Below, piece after piece: positions 42,145-52,189 of a stretch of 64,000 bases of DNA (positions are counted from its first letter, which is position 1; the number at the start of each line of letters is the position of its first letter). The translations under genes were made by a program, and so were the position numbers. Origin of the DNA: Candidatus Latescibacterota bacterium (lineage in GTDB: Bacteria > Latescibacterota > UBA2968); contig OZ240241.1 of NCBI GenBank assembly GCA_965198115.1, forward strand, positions 4,832,001 to 4,896,000, in the 5' to 3' direction. Below the pieces are notes generated by a model that saw nothing but the letters and a program-made list of their open reading frames with translations, did no database searches and was not told where the DNA came from.

Positions 42145-43176
42145 ATGAAAATCACGTCCATTCGTGCGCTTCAGCCTGGAACGGACTATTCACCCGACGA
42201 CTGGCGCACCTGGGTCGGGCAGATTCTCGTCGTGATCGAAACCGAGGATGGTCTCACGGGATATGGTGTGGGCGGTGGCGGCAAGGCGGGAATCCACGTG
42301 ATCGACGAGGTGTTGAGCAGGACCCTGTTGGGGGCCGACGCCACACGGGTCGAAGATCTGTGGGACGAGATGTATCGGTCCACGCTGGCGTTCGGGCGGA
42401 AGGGAATCGCGGTGATGGCGATCAGCGGCGTCGATCTGGCCCTTTGGGATCTGCGAGCAAAGCGCGAGGAGAAGGCGCTGGTCGAAGTGCTTGGAGGCGA
42501 AGCCGGGAAGCCGATCCGGGCATACAAGACCGGATTTTCATCGGATGAAGTGATCGATACGGGTGCTCAGGGCTTCAGCGCCCTCAAGTTCCACGCCGGC
42601 GTTTTGCCCGGCGAGGATCTGGGCGACGTCGTCGGGGACATCAAGCGGGTGAGAGAGACACTGGGTCCTGACATTCGGTTGATGGGCGATGCCGGTATGA
42701 AGATGGACGCAGACACAACGTTACGAGTCGCGGAGCAACTGGCACCCTACGATTTGTATTGGCTGGAGGAGCCACTGCAGCCAGACGACTTTGAGGGATA
42801 CGCTCGGCTGCGTGACGAGTGTGCGATTCCGATCGCGAGCGGCGAACACGAGTATACAGCGAAGGCGTTCGAGGTGATCATCGAGGAGAAGCTTCACGCG
42901 TTCGTGCAACCTGACGTCAGCTGGTGCGGGGGAATGACGGAATTGTTGAAGATTTACAAGATGGCCGAGGGCACGGACGTCGTGGTTTGTCCGCATCGAG
43001 GTGCTGAGGCGTGGTCGATCCACGCGATCGGGGCGCTCGGGAATCCACCGTTCGCCGAGTCAGGACGGCCGTGGATGACGTGGGTGAAAGGAACGCCTGA
43101 GATTGGGGATGGGGAAGTGAGCGTCACTGAGCGGCCGGGGTTTGGCGTGTGGTTCGAGGAAGAGGACTTACATTAG
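42145..43176 (+). CDS. Mandelate racemase/enolase-superfamily enzyme (rhamnonate dehydratase-like), paralog 1
   Basis: AISGVDLALWDL, LMGDA, WLEEP, SGEHE, QPDVSWCGG and CPH; its start aligns with paralog 2. Confidence 0.88.
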   Translation: MKITSIRALQPGTDYSPDDWRTWVGQILVVIETEDGLTGYGVGGGGKAGIHVIDEVLSRTLLGADATRVEDLWDEMYRSTLAFGRKGIAVMAISGVDLALWDLRAKREEKALVEVLGGEAGKPIRAYKTGFSSDEVIDTGAQGFSALKFHAGVLPGEDLGDVVGDIKRVRETLGPDIRLMGDAGMKMDADTTLRVAEQLAPYDLYWLEEPLQPDDFEGYARLRDECAIPIASGEHEYTAKAFEVIIEEKLHAFVQPDVSWCGGMTELLKIYKMAEGTDVVVCPHRGAEAWSIHAIGALGNPPFAESGRPWMTWVKGTPEIGDGEVSVTERPGFGVWFEEEDLH

Positions 43177-43251
43177 TGTGACGGACAAGATGTTACGTAA
43201 AGCTTGTCTAGATACTTCGCAATGTCCGTAGACTTTCCACGGGAGAGAATC

Positions 43252-43339
43252 GTCATCCCGGCGGTGTTTTGAGCCGGGATCCATCTTGATCTTCGCGAAA
43301 GTCAAAATGGGCCCCGGCTAAGAAGCGTACCGGGGTGAC
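43252..43339. repeat. REP/RPE-like palindromic element
   Basis: GTCATCCCGGC..GCCGGGATCCA...TGGGCCCCGGC..CCGGGGTGAC: two hairpins inside a terminal inverted repeat. Confidence 0.8.
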
Positions 43340-43381
43340 ATTCATTTCGCTAGGTCAATCCTTTCACGTACCAGGATCGGT

Positions 43382-44329
43382 ATGTCGCACACAGCCAACA
43401 GACCCAATTACGTTTCACTCCACGAAACGGGAGAGCTGCAGCGTCGCATCGACGAGGCGGTGGCGAGTCTCGAATCCTGTCGGGTTTGTCCGTGGAATTG
43501 TGACATCAATCGGCTGAAAGACGAGACGAAGGTCTGTCGGACGGGGCGCTACGCACGCGTTTCGAGTCATTTTGCCCACTTCGGAGAGGAGGATTGTCTT
43601 CGCGGGTGGAACGGGAGCGGGACGATCTTCTTTGCGTGGTGCAACCTGCGGTGCGTCTTCTGCCAGAATCACGAGATCAGCCAGGCTGAAGCTGGCGAGG
43701 AGGTGACACCGCGTCGCCTCGCGGATATGATGCTGGAGCTGCAGGAGATGGGGTGTCACAACATCAACTGGGTGACGCCGGAGCACGTGGTCCCACAGAT
43801 CCTGGAGTCCCTGCCTTTCGCGATCGAAGACGGCCTGAGATTGCCGATCGTCTACAACACGAGCGGTTACGATTCGATGGAAAGTCTGAGCCAGATGGAT
43901 GGGATCGTCGACATCTATATGCCCGATTTCAAGTACTGGTTCGACGATGCGTCCAAACGATATGTGAAGACTCCGGATTACGCTCGAGCGACCCGGGAAG
44001 CGATTCGTGAAATGCACCGTCAGGTGGGCGACCTGAGCGTTGACGATCGGGGGCTGGCGACGAGGGGATTGCTGATCCGTCACCTGGTGATGCCTGACGG
44101 TATCGACGATGCGAGAGAGATTATGCGGTTTCTTGCGGAGGAGATCTCCGAAGACACGTATGTGAATGTGATGGCCCAGTACTATCCGACTGCTCGGGTG
44201 AACGAGGAGAAGTATCCGGAGATCAATCGGAAGATTCGACCGGAAGAACTCGCTGATGCATACGAAGTCGCGAGACAGGCGGGCATTCGTCGATTCGATG
44301 AGCGACGATCCCTCGTCTGGATGCGGTAG
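43382..44329 (+). CDS. PflX-like radical SAM protein
   Basis: CRVCPWNC, HFGEE, GSGTIFF, CNLRCVFCQN, GCHNIN.VTP and RHLVMP. Confidence 0.92.
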   Translation: MSHTANRPNYVSLHETGELQRRIDEAVASLESCRVCPWNCDINRLKDETKVCRTGRYARVSSHFAHFGEEDCLRGWNGSGTIFFAWCNLRCVFCQNHEISQAEAGEEVTPRRLADMMLELQEMGCHNINWVTPEHVVPQILESLPFAIEDGLRLPIVYNTSGYDSMESLSQMDGIVDIYMPDFKYWFDDASKRYVKTPDYARATREAIREMHRQVGDLSVDDRGLATRGLLIRHLVMPDGIDDAREIMRFLAEEISEDTYVNVMAQYYPTARVNEEKYPEINRKIRPEELADAYEVARQAGIRRFDERRSLVWMR

Positions 44330-44344
44330 AAAAATCGGTACAAG

Positions 44345-45358
44345 ATGGCGATGAAAATCACCTCTGTACGCGCGGTTCAACCACATAAGGACACGGTCCC
44401 GCCGGGTTGGAAAACCTGGCTCGGGCAGATTCTGGTCATCGTTGAAACAGACGATGGTCTGACGGGCTATGGCGTCGGGGGTGGTGGGCAGGCGGGCATC
44501 CACGTGATCGAAACCGCATTGAGCAGCATTCTCGTGGGGGCGGACGCGTCACAGGTGGAAAACCTGTGGGAGGAGATGTACCGGGGGACGCTGCAATTCG
44601 GACAGAAGGGGATCGTGGTGATGGCGATCAGCGGGATCGATCTCGCTTTGTGGGATCTTCGGGCGAAGCGTGAGGACAGGCCGCTGGTCGCTGTGCTTGG
44701 CGGGGAAGCAGGAACGCCCATCCGCGCATATAAAACGGGATTCAGCCCGGATGCGATCGTCGAATCGGGTACACAGGGCTTTACGGCTATCAAAATGAGT
44801 GTGAAGCCTTTGCCCGGTCAGGACGAGCGTGACGTCGCCAAGCGGTTCAGTCGTGTGAGGGAAGCGGTGGGACCAGAGTTTCGATTGATGGGCGAAGCCA
44901 GTATGACGTTCGATGTGGATACGACATTAAGAACGGCCGAGGCGCTCGAACCTTACGATCTCTACTGGCTGGAAGAACCGCTGCCCCCCGGCGACCTGGA
45001 AGGCTACGTGAAACTGCGGGATGCGTGTCCGATTCCGATCGCGAGCGGCGAACACGAGTACACGGCGAAGGCATTCGAAGTGATCATCGAAGAGCGCCTG
45101 CACGCGTTCGTCCAGCCAGATGTCTGCTGGTGTGGCGGGATGACGGAGTTGCTGAAAGTTTACAGGATGGCGGAAGGAACGGATGCGATCGTCTGTCCGC
45201 ACCGCGGAGGCGAAGCGTGGTCGATTCACGCGACCGGAGCGCTCGGCGACCCTGCGTTTGCCGAGTCGGGCCGTCCTTGGATGAAGTGGGTAAAAGGGGG
45301 GCCGGAGATTGTCGATGGGGAGGTGACTGTGTCGGATCGGCCGGGGTTTGGGGTGTGA
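44345..45358 (+). CDS. Mandelate racemase/enolase-superfamily enzyme, paralog 2
   Basis: Collinear and highly similar to 42145-43176. Confidence 0.9.
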   Translation: MAMKITSVRAVQPHKDTVPPGWKTWLGQILVIVETDDGLTGYGVGGGGQAGIHVIETALSSILVGADASQVENLWEEMYRGTLQFGQKGIVVMAISGIDLALWDLRAKREDRPLVAVLGGEAGTPIRAYKTGFSPDAIVESGTQGFTAIKMSVKPLPGQDERDVAKRFSRVREAVGPEFRLMGEASMTFDVDTTLRTAEALEPYDLYWLEEPLPPGDLEGYVKLRDACPIPIASGEHEYTAKAFEVIIEERLHAFVQPDVCWCGGMTELLKVYRMAEGTDAIVCPHRGGEAWSIHATGALGDPAFAESGRPWMKWVKGGPEIVDGEVTVSDRPGFGV

Positions 45359-45369
45359 TTCGAAGACGC

Positions 45370-45417
45370 ATTGGGAAATTAGGGACCGAGGAGATTAAGC
45401 AATTCGGCAATTGAAAT
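45370..45417. repeat. 8-mer tandem repeat (ATTNGGNA type)
   Basis: ATTGGGAA ATTAGGGA ccgaggag ATTAAGCA ATTCGGCA ATTGAAAT. Confidence 0.7.
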
Positions 45418-45453
45418 GGGCCCGGCTTCTGACTGAAGCGCGGGCCCGTTTTT
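45413..45453. terminator. Intrinsic terminator
   Basis: AAATGGGCCCGGCTTC-TGACT-GAAGCGCGGGCCCGTTTTT. Confidence 0.7.
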
Positions 45454-45473
45454 GTTTCGCGACAGGAGGTGGA

Positions 45474-47429
45474 TCAGTCGGCGGAGGCGACGGCGTCGGA
45501 GCCGAAATGTTCGTCGTGCAATCGCTCGACTTCTTCGGGAGCGACGGGTTTGGATAGGCCGATATGGAAGGCGAGAAACCACATTACGAAAATGCCGAAC
45601 GCAAGGAAGAGGAGTTGCCAGACCCAGAGCGATGGCAGGCCGAAGGGTCCCCAGGAGGACGGCACGTTGGGGTTCGAAAAGAGGGTGTTGCCGATGACGG
45701 CGAAGGGTCCGAATCCGGCGAGGAACCAGACAAGGGTGAGCGCCCAGGCGAGGGGTACGTGTTTCTTCTTCTCTTCCGTGATTCCGGATACCGCCTGGAG
45801 GAAGGCGTGGCGCTTTCTTCGGTGATCCCTCTCCTCGTCAGTCTGGCTCCCTGCAAAGGAGACGATGATCGTGACGAGAAGGTTGAACAAGATGCCCCAG
45901 CCCGCACTGTGAATCGTGAGGGGATAGCGTCCCCAGGGCAGCGCGCCGAACTCGAGGTCGAGAAAGTTCGGGATGAAAGCGTTGAGAATGTCGGGAATGA
46001 TGGCGACCGGGCGGTCGGTCAACGTCACCGCGACGAGTCCGACGACGAGACCCCAGACGATGCCTTTTCGGGTGAACTGCTGGAAGAAGCTGATGCCCAT
46101 CAGCGCCGGCCACATCTGGAAGCCGTAGGCGACGGCGAGGCCACCGAGCATCACGATGGCGCCGGTGAACCGCGCGGCGACGAAGAGGGCGGCGACGGCG
46201 ACGACGATGACGAAGATGCGGCCGCACATTTTCTGGACGTCGTCGGTGGCGTCGGGTGCGATGTAGCTCTTGTAGATGTCGCGTGTGACCATCCCGCTGA
46301 ACGTGGACATATACGCGGCACCCGTGCTCTGCATCGCGGCGAGTGCACATACGGCGAGGAGGGCGACGAGCCACGGCGCGGTGTCGGCGAGGAGATTGAT
46401 GAGCTGTGGCACGAGGTTCTTGTCGGTGACATCACTGAGGATGCCCTTGGCTTCGAGTACGTTGCCACCGAGGCCCTGGAAGATGGTGAAGGTGAACAGG
46501 ATGATCCCGATGATGAGAGAGGAGGCGACGACCTGCTGCCAGCGAAACGACTCGCACGTTCTGTTCGAGAAGGTCCACATACTGAACGCGGGTGACGATT
46601 GGATGCCCATCAACGCGAACATATAGGTGAGGCACATCACGCCCGTCCAGGAGCTTCCAACAGCTTGCGTGTTGGCGGAGACCCATTGAATGGCTCCGGG
46701 GAGGGCTACCGTTCCCGAATGACCGGCGGGCGTGATTTTTGTGCCGCTCGCGAGGTCCTGGGTGACGAGCGCAGCGAGCCCGCTCGTAAACTCGGACCAG
46801 CCGCCGATGTAGGAAATGGCGATGCCTCCGAGAACGACGATGCCCAGCGCGAGGAGGATGCATTGCACGCAGTCGACGTAAGCGACAGATCGGAGACCGC
46901 CGGATGCGACGTAGATCACGACGATGGCGGATAGGGCAAACATGCCGATTTCGATTCCGATCAGGCCGTCGGTGAGCACGTGGAACAGATCGCCGGACGC
47001 TCTGAGCTGGACGCCGAGGTAGGGCACGCTGAAGAGGAAAGCGACGAGAACGGTGAGGAGGCGCATCGCGTTCCCGCCATAGTAATCGGTATACATCTCC
47101 CCGGGGGTGATGTAGTTGAAAGCGCGACCGAGCACCCATTGACGACGGAGGAAAAGGACACCCGTAAAGGGAATGGTGAGTGCGTAGAAGGACGCGAACG
47201 CGTAGGGTAACCCCTCATTCAGGATCAAGCCGGGGTGCCCTACGAACGTCCATCCGCTGAAGCTGGTCGCAGTGGCGGCGAGGACGAAGACCCAGATACC
47301 GATGCTGCGCCCGGCGACGAAGTAATCAGCGGACGTCTTGGAGCGGATGGCACCCTTGATGCCCCAGAAGAGACAGTAGGCCCAGTAGAGCCCGACGAAA
47401 CCGAACAGCCAATACAGCTTCGCGTCCAA
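45474..47429 (-). CDS. Sodium:solute symporter family protein
   Basis: DYFVAGRS, ATATSFSGWTFVGHPG, GGLRSVAYVD and ALAAMQST; many TM helices. Confidence 0.93.
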   Translation of the reverse strand: MDAKLYWLFGFVGLYWAYCLFWGIKGAIRSKTSADYFVAGRSIGIWVFVLAATATSFSGWTFVGHPGLILNEGLPYAFASFYALTIPFTGVLFLRRQWVLGRAFNYITPGEMYTDYYGGNAMRLLTVLVAFLFSVPYLGVQLRASGDLFHVLTDGLIGIEIGMFALSAIVVIYVASGGLRSVAYVDCVQCILLALGIVVLGGIAISYIGGWSEFTSGLAALVTQDLASGTKITPAGHSGTVALPGAIQWVSANTQAVGSSWTGVMCLTYMFALMGIQSSPAFSMWTFSNRTCESFRWQQVVASSLIIGIILFTFTIFQGLGGNVLEAKGILSDVTDKNLVPQLINLLADTAPWLVALLAVCALAAMQSTGAAYMSTFSGMVTRDIYKSYIAPDATDDVQKMCGRIFVIVVAVAALFVAARFTGAIVMLGGLAVAYGFQMWPALMGISFFQQFTRKGIVWGLVVGLVAVTLTDRPVAIIPDILNAFIPNFLDLEFGALPWGRYPLTIHSAGWGILFNLLVTIIVSFAGSQTDEERDHRRKRHAFLQAVSGITEEKKKHVPLAWALTLVWFLAGFGPFAVIGNTLFSNPNVPSSWGPFGLPSLWVWQLLFLAFGIFVMWFLAFHIGLSKPVAPEEVERLHDEHFGSDAVASAD

Positions 47430-47452
47430 AGCAGTTCCCCCAGGACAGACAA

Positions 47453-47476
47453 CACGAAGTCACGAAAACGCGAAGG
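47453..47476. repeat. 8-mer tandem repeat (CACGAAGN type)
   Basis: CACGAAGT CACGAAAA CGCGAAGG. Confidence 0.6.
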
Positions 47477-47540
47477 AAACCATTCAAGTTGCGGCGTAGG
47501 ATACGGTGGGTCGGGGAGTGACGCAAACTGGGGGAGGGAC

Positions 47541-47620
47541 GAACGTCGAACATCGAACGCCCAATGTCGAACGCGGAACCAGCTCGACATTCGGAGTTGG
47601 ACGTTCGGTGTTGGACATTC
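47541..47620. repeat. 7-mer tandem-repeat hairpin
   Basis: Left arm GAACGTC GAACATC GAACGCC CAATGTC GAACGCG; right arm reverse complement GAATGTC CAACACC GAACGTC CAACTCC GAATGTC. Confidence 0.88.
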
Positions 47621-47631
47621 AGGTCCGTTTG

Positions 47632-48915
47632 TCACCAAAGGGTCATCGAGTTCTCGAACAACGTCGTGAGCTCTGTTTCGCCAGCGGGAATGGGCGAAAG
47701 TTTGGTGACACGGTGCTGGGGGAGCGTGCCTTCCACGAGAGCGGGAATGTCATCGTTCGTGAAGCCGACGGACGACAGACCGTTGGGGAGTTCGAGCTTT
47801 TTCATCAGGCTGACGATCTGCTCTGCCAGGACGTCGCCGGCATCCTCTAGGGCGATGTTGGCAATGTCGGCACCCATTACTTCCGCGGCTTTGAGGTGAC
47901 GGTCGGGGTTTGCGGATGCGGTAAATTCGAACACGGCGGGGGCGTGGAGCGTCACGGATAAGCCGTGGGGGATGATGGCGTGGTCGGAGACGAATCCGTC
48001 GGGGATGAATTCCCGAACCATTCCCGAAACGGGGTAGGACATCCCGTGGCAGAGATGGACGCCCGCGTTGCCAAAGCCCATTCCGGCCATACTGGCGGCG
48101 AGCGCCATCTGCCCGCGCGCTTCGTCATCGTCCGGATCCTGGACGGCCCGGACGAGATAGGCTGATACCATTCGTGTTGCCTCGAGTGCCCAGATGTCGC
48201 TGATCGGATTGCTGCCCTGGTAGGCGGGTCGTAGAAGGGGACGCTCGGGTTTGGGCCGTTGGTCATAGGGGATGGCGGTGTAGGATTCGAGTGCGTGGCA
48301 AAGGACGTCCAGTCCGGACCCCGCGGCTACCGATGCGGGCATCGTCCGGGTATTGTTCGGGTCCACGATGCCGAGTGTCGGTTTCAGGCGTCGATGAGCG
48401 ATCCCGGTTTTTGCGTGGAGTTCGGTGAGATCGCAGATGGCGACGCCGGTCGTCTCGCTGCCCGTTCCGGCGGTCGTGGGGATGGCGATGAGCGGTTTGA
48501 CGGGACCCGGGCACGGTTTGCCCTGCCCGATGGGCGCGTTGATGTAGGCGAGGAAATCGTCGGGGTAGCAATAGTAGAGGTTCGCGGCCTTGGCCGTGTC
48601 CATCACCGAGCCGCCACCGACGGCGACGAAGGCATCGGGCCTCGTTTCTTTCGCGAAGTCGATGGCTTCATTGAAAGAAAGATCAGTCGGTTCGACTCTC
48701 ACTCGGTCGTAGAGGACCACGTCGAGCCCTTCGTCGGCCAGAGCGCGTTTGACGGTGTCGACAGGCTGGAGGTCGGCGATGTTCGGATCGGTCAGGAGCA
48801 TCACGCGTTTTGCACCGAGATCGCTCAGGTCCATTCCGACTTCGGCCGTGGCACCGATGCCGAAGCGAAGGTTGGAGGTGCCCATTTCGAAGATGGTGTC
48901 TTTTACAGAATCCAT
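47632..48915 (-). CDS. Hydroxyacid-oxoacid transhydrogenase (Fe-ADH family, ADHFE1-like)
   Basis: GGGSVMDTAKAANLY, PTTAGTGSETT, RPAYQGSNP, GVHLCHGMSYP and GTLPQHRVTKLSP. Confidence 0.92.
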   Translation of the reverse strand: MDSVKDTIFEMGTSNLRFGIGATAEVGMDLSDLGAKRVMLLTDPNIADLQPVDTVKRALADEGLDVVLYDRVRVEPTDLSFNEAIDFAKETRPDAFVAVGGGSVMDTAKAANLYYCYPDDFLAYINAPIGQGKPCPGPVKPLIAIPTTAGTGSETTGVAICDLTELHAKTGIAHRRLKPTLGIVDPNNTRTMPASVAAGSGLDVLCHALESYTAIPYDQRPKPERPLLRPAYQGSNPISDIWALEATRMVSAYLVRAVQDPDDDEARGQMALAASMAGMGFGNAGVHLCHGMSYPVSGMVREFIPDGFVSDHAIIPHGLSVTLHAPAVFEFTASANPDRHLKAAEVMGADIANIALEDAGDVLAEQIVSLMKKLELPNGLSSVGFTNDDIPALVEGTLPQHRVTKLSPIPAGETELTTLFENSMTLW

Positions 48916-48989
48916 TGGTGGTCCTACGAGCATATGAGATCAGGCAAGGGTCAAAGATATGACTCCTGTTGGATTCCCCAAAGACTGAC

Positions 48990-50900
48990 CTACATCGTCG
49001 ATGCGCGGTGCGAAACCCGTTGAACGAGGGTGAGCGCGCCGAAGGCGATCCAACCGGCGAGATGGAGCCAGGGGTAGGGCCAGAGGAGGAGGAGCGCAAC
49101 GACAGCAAAGCTGGCACGAAACGGGGCCGACAGCAGTCGAAGATGGAAGCCCTCGAACGTGATGGCGAATGCGAGGAGCCCGAAGGTTCCGGATATCGCT
49201 GTTTCGATGGCCCACAGGGGGTCGTCTTCGAACAGCAGGGGTGTGTAACAGAAGAGCAGGGGGATGATGTAGAGCCCTTTGGCGATTTTCCAGGACTCGA
49301 GGCCCGTGCGAACGGGATGGCTGCCCGCGATGCCGGCGGCCGAATAGGCGGCGAGGCAGACGGGGGGCGTGACGTTCGCGTCCTGCGAGTACCAGAAGAT
49401 GAGCAGGTGGGCGGCGATGATGCTCACACCCAGTGAGGTCAGCGCAGGGGCGGCGAGAACGGCCAGGACGATGTAGCTCGCAGTGACGGGCAGCCCCATT
49501 CCCAGGATGAGAGAGGCGACGGCGATCAGAGCGATGGCGAGGATGAGGTGGTTGCCGGCGAGGGCGCCGATGAGGAGCGAGAACTTGATGCCGATACCGA
49601 CGAGCAGAACCACCCCTACGATGATGCCCGCACAGAGAAGGATGACGCCGGTCGAGACGAGGTTGAGCGCGCCGAGCTCGAGGGCGGCGAGGATGTCGGT
49701 TACTCCCATTCTCGTTTCGCGATTGAGCCAGCTGGCGAGAACGATCGTCAGACAACCTGCGGCCGCGGCGTAGGTCGGTGTGAAGCCTTCGACGAGGAGA
49801 CCGACGAGCACGGCGATCGGAATCAGGAAGTGCCACCCTTCCTTCAGGACGATGGAGAGGGGCGTGACCTCATCGGCGCCGAGGGGGAGGATCTGTCGCT
49901 TTCGGGCGCGGAGGTGGACGAAGAAGGTGACACTGATGAAGTACATCAGCGCGGGCACGATCGAAACGGCGACGATCGTGAGGTAAGGGATTTGCGTCCA
50001 CTGGCTCATGATGAAGGCACCCGCGCCCATAATCGGAGGCATCAGCTGCCCACCCGTGGACGCCGCGGCTTCGACGGCCGCCGCGAAGGTGGGGCGGAAG
50101 CCGGTCCGTTTCATCATCGGGATGGTCAGGGACCCCGAGCCGACGGTGTTGGCGACGGCGCTGCCGGAAATGGAGCCGAGGAGCCCGCTCGCGCAGACGG
50201 CCATTTTGGCGGGTCCGCCGACGGTTCGGCCGAGGAGCGCGAGCGCAAACTTCATAATGAAGTCGCCGGCCCCGGAACGGAGCAGGAACGCGCCGAAGAG
50301 GACGAACAGGGCGACGAAGGTGGACGAGACCGTCGCAATGGTGCCGAAGATGCCGTCGGGCGCGAAGTACATTCGATAGAGCATTCGGCTGACCGTCACG
50401 CCGGGAAAGTGCCAGGTTCCGACAATCCAGCGTCCCCAGAGCAAGGCGTAGGTGAGGAAGACGACGGCGAGCGTCGGGATGAACCAACCCGTTGTTCGAC
50501 GCGTGATTTCGAGGACGAGGAGGACGGCGAAAGCGGCCGCGACGAGGTCTTGCCAGACGGGAACCTGGTTGCGCGCGTGCAGGGCCTCTTCGAACAGGAT
50601 CAGATAGAGGGCGATTCCGACGCTGAAAACGGCCAGGGCGGAATCGACCACGAGCGTCCGCACACGGGACGATGGCGGGTAAAGCAGGAAACCGAGGAAC
50701 AGGAGCCCGGCGAAGTGAAAGGCATTCCGATGGAGCTCGGGTAACACGCCGATCGTGTTCGACCAGACGTGGAAAAGCGATACCAGAATGGCGACGACGG
50801 TGACGGTGCGCGCCGGAAGGCCGGTAAGGGTTCGGCGCGTGGCGATGACCTCGCCGCCGATGTCCTCGTCGGACGGTGAGACCGGATCGGTTTCGGCCAT
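48990..50900 (-). CDS. TRAP transporter fused 4TM/12TM permease
   Basis: GGPAKMAV, SGSAVANTV, ASTGGQLMPPIMGAGAF, LGMGLP and TPPVCLAAY. Confidence 0.95.
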   Translation of the reverse strand: MAETDPVSPSDEDIGGEVIATRRTLTGLPARTVTVVAILVSLFHVWSNTIGVLPELHRNAFHFAGLLFLGFLLYPPSSRVRTLVVDSALAVFSVGIALYLILFEEALHARNQVPVWQDLVAAAFAVLLVLEITRRTTGWFIPTLAVVFLTYALLWGRWIVGTWHFPGVTVSRMLYRMYFAPDGIFGTIATVSSTFVALFVLFGAFLLRSGAGDFIMKFALALLGRTVGGPAKMAVCASGLLGSISGSAVANTVGSGSLTIPMMKRTGFRPTFAAAVEAAASTGGQLMPPIMGAGAFIMSQWTQIPYLTIVAVSIVPALMYFISVTFFVHLRARKRQILPLGADEVTPLSIVLKEGWHFLIPIAVLVGLLVEGFTPTYAAAAGCLTIVLASWLNRETRMGVTDILAALELGALNLVSTGVILLCAGIIVGVVLLVGIGIKFSLLIGALAGNHLILAIALIAVASLILGMGLPVTASYIVLAVLAAPALTSLGVSIIAAHLLIFWYSQDANVTPPVCLAAYSAAGIAGSHPVRTGLESWKIAKGLYIIPLLFCYTPLLFEDDPLWAIETAISGTFGLLAFAITFEGFHLRLLSAPFRASFAVVALLLLWPYPWLHLAGWIAFGALTLVQRVSHRASTM

Positions 50901-51886
50901 CAGGGGGCGATCAAGGCGTCGGGGATGTCGAGTTGCTGCTCGCGGTAATAGCGCAGGGCGCCCGGATGCAGGGGGACGGCAAGTCCATCGACTGCGCGGG
51001 TGAGTGAGATCCCGACCGTGGCCTTGTGGATGTTTTGCAGGTAGGACAGGTTTTCGTAGAGTGTGCGCGTCAGTTGATACACGATCTCGTCTGGTAGGTC
51101 GGCACGACAGGCGAGGAAATTGGGCTGCGCCATCGTCCTGACATCATCCGTCTGCCCCGGGTAGGTGCTTGCCTTCAGAATATGACGCGTGTAAACAGGA
51201 TAGACGTCACGAATTCGCGCGAGCTGACTGTCCGTAACGTCGAGTATGACGACGCCATCGGCTCCCTTTTGGGCGAAGACTTGCGTCACTGCGGCCACGG
51301 GGGGGCCTGCCGCGAGCGAGGCACCCGCAATCCGGCCATCCATCATTGCCTGGGCGGACGGGCTGTAACCCAGGTGTTCGGGTGTGAAATGCGTGCCGGG
51401 CAGGATCCCTAGAGCGCCGAAGATGACGCGGGTGGACCCTTCGGTTCCGCTACCCCGCTTTCCGGTGGAAAAGGCAGATCGCAGTGACTTGAGGTCTTCG
51501 AGCGTGCCAGTCCTGGCGTAGTCCTGTGCGATGACGAAGTGCTCGACGTTCTGCCAGAGGGTGGTGATGGAACGGAGGTTACGGTGCGCCGTGTCGAAGT
51601 TTCCCGTGCCACTGTAGGCCATCGCCCCGTAGAGGCCCTGCAGGATGGCGAGTTGAGCCTCGTCGTTGACGAGCATCTGAACGTTCTCGCCCGAACCCGC
51701 CGAGTTGATGGCCGAGGCGGAGACCTCGCCCTGCAGCTTTTCGGTCAGGAGGGTGCCGATCGCGACGCCGACCGGGTAGTAGGTTCCCCCGGGGGTGGCT
51801 GTCGCAATGATGAGGGATCTAGAGCCGGAGCCGTCACCGCAAGCGGTCAGGAGGGCGCTCAAGACCAGCGCGTGGAACGCTTTCAT
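50900..51886 (-). CDS. TAXI-family TRAP solute-binding lipoprotein
   Basis: Lipobox LTAC, ATATPGGTYYPVG, SAGSGEN, GSGTE and PLHPGA.RYY.E. Confidence 0.95.
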   Translation of the reverse strand: MKAFHALVLSALLTACGDGSGSRSLIIATATPGGTYYPVGVAIGTLLTEKLQGEVSASAINSAGSGENVQMLVNDEAQLAILQGLYGAMAYSGTGNFDTAHRNLRSITTLWQNVEHFVIAQDYARTGTLEDLKSLRSAFSTGKRGSGTEGSTRVIFGALGILPGTHFTPEHLGYSPSAQAMMDGRIAGASLAAGPPVAAVTQVFAQKGADGVVILDVTDSQLARIRDVYPVYTRHILKASTYPGQTDDVRTMAQPNFLACRADLPDEIVYQLTRTLYENLSYLQNIHKATVGISLTRAVDGLAVPLHPGALRYYREQQLDIPDALIAP

Positions 51887-52189
51887 CTTGTCCTTTCAGT
51901 CGCACGTTGAGATCCGGGCGTGACGCCCGGACGCTGCTGGCACGTCGTTGAGACGTCGAGATGGAGACCGGGGACCATAGGAAACGAATTGCCTCTACGA
52001 CGTCAAGTTGATTGCATCTGTCGAGCGGCGTCGGTGGGCATTTCCTCAGGTTTCCGAATCCTCGAACGGGCCCAGGGAAGCAGCGTCATCGCCACCGGGT
52101 GTGCCCGCCGCGTTGACACGGCCAGTAGCGGGATCTATACTTCTGTAACCTTCGGAATTTTCAGGTAGTTGTGCTTTCTCCCGGATCTT

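Noticed and set aside
9459-45358. TGA at two Trp positions (9459 and 45356) suggesting UGA recoding
   Set aside because: Many intact genes end in TGA with ATGA/GTGA coupling and Trp is TGG elsewhere. Point mutation or sequencing error is sufficient.
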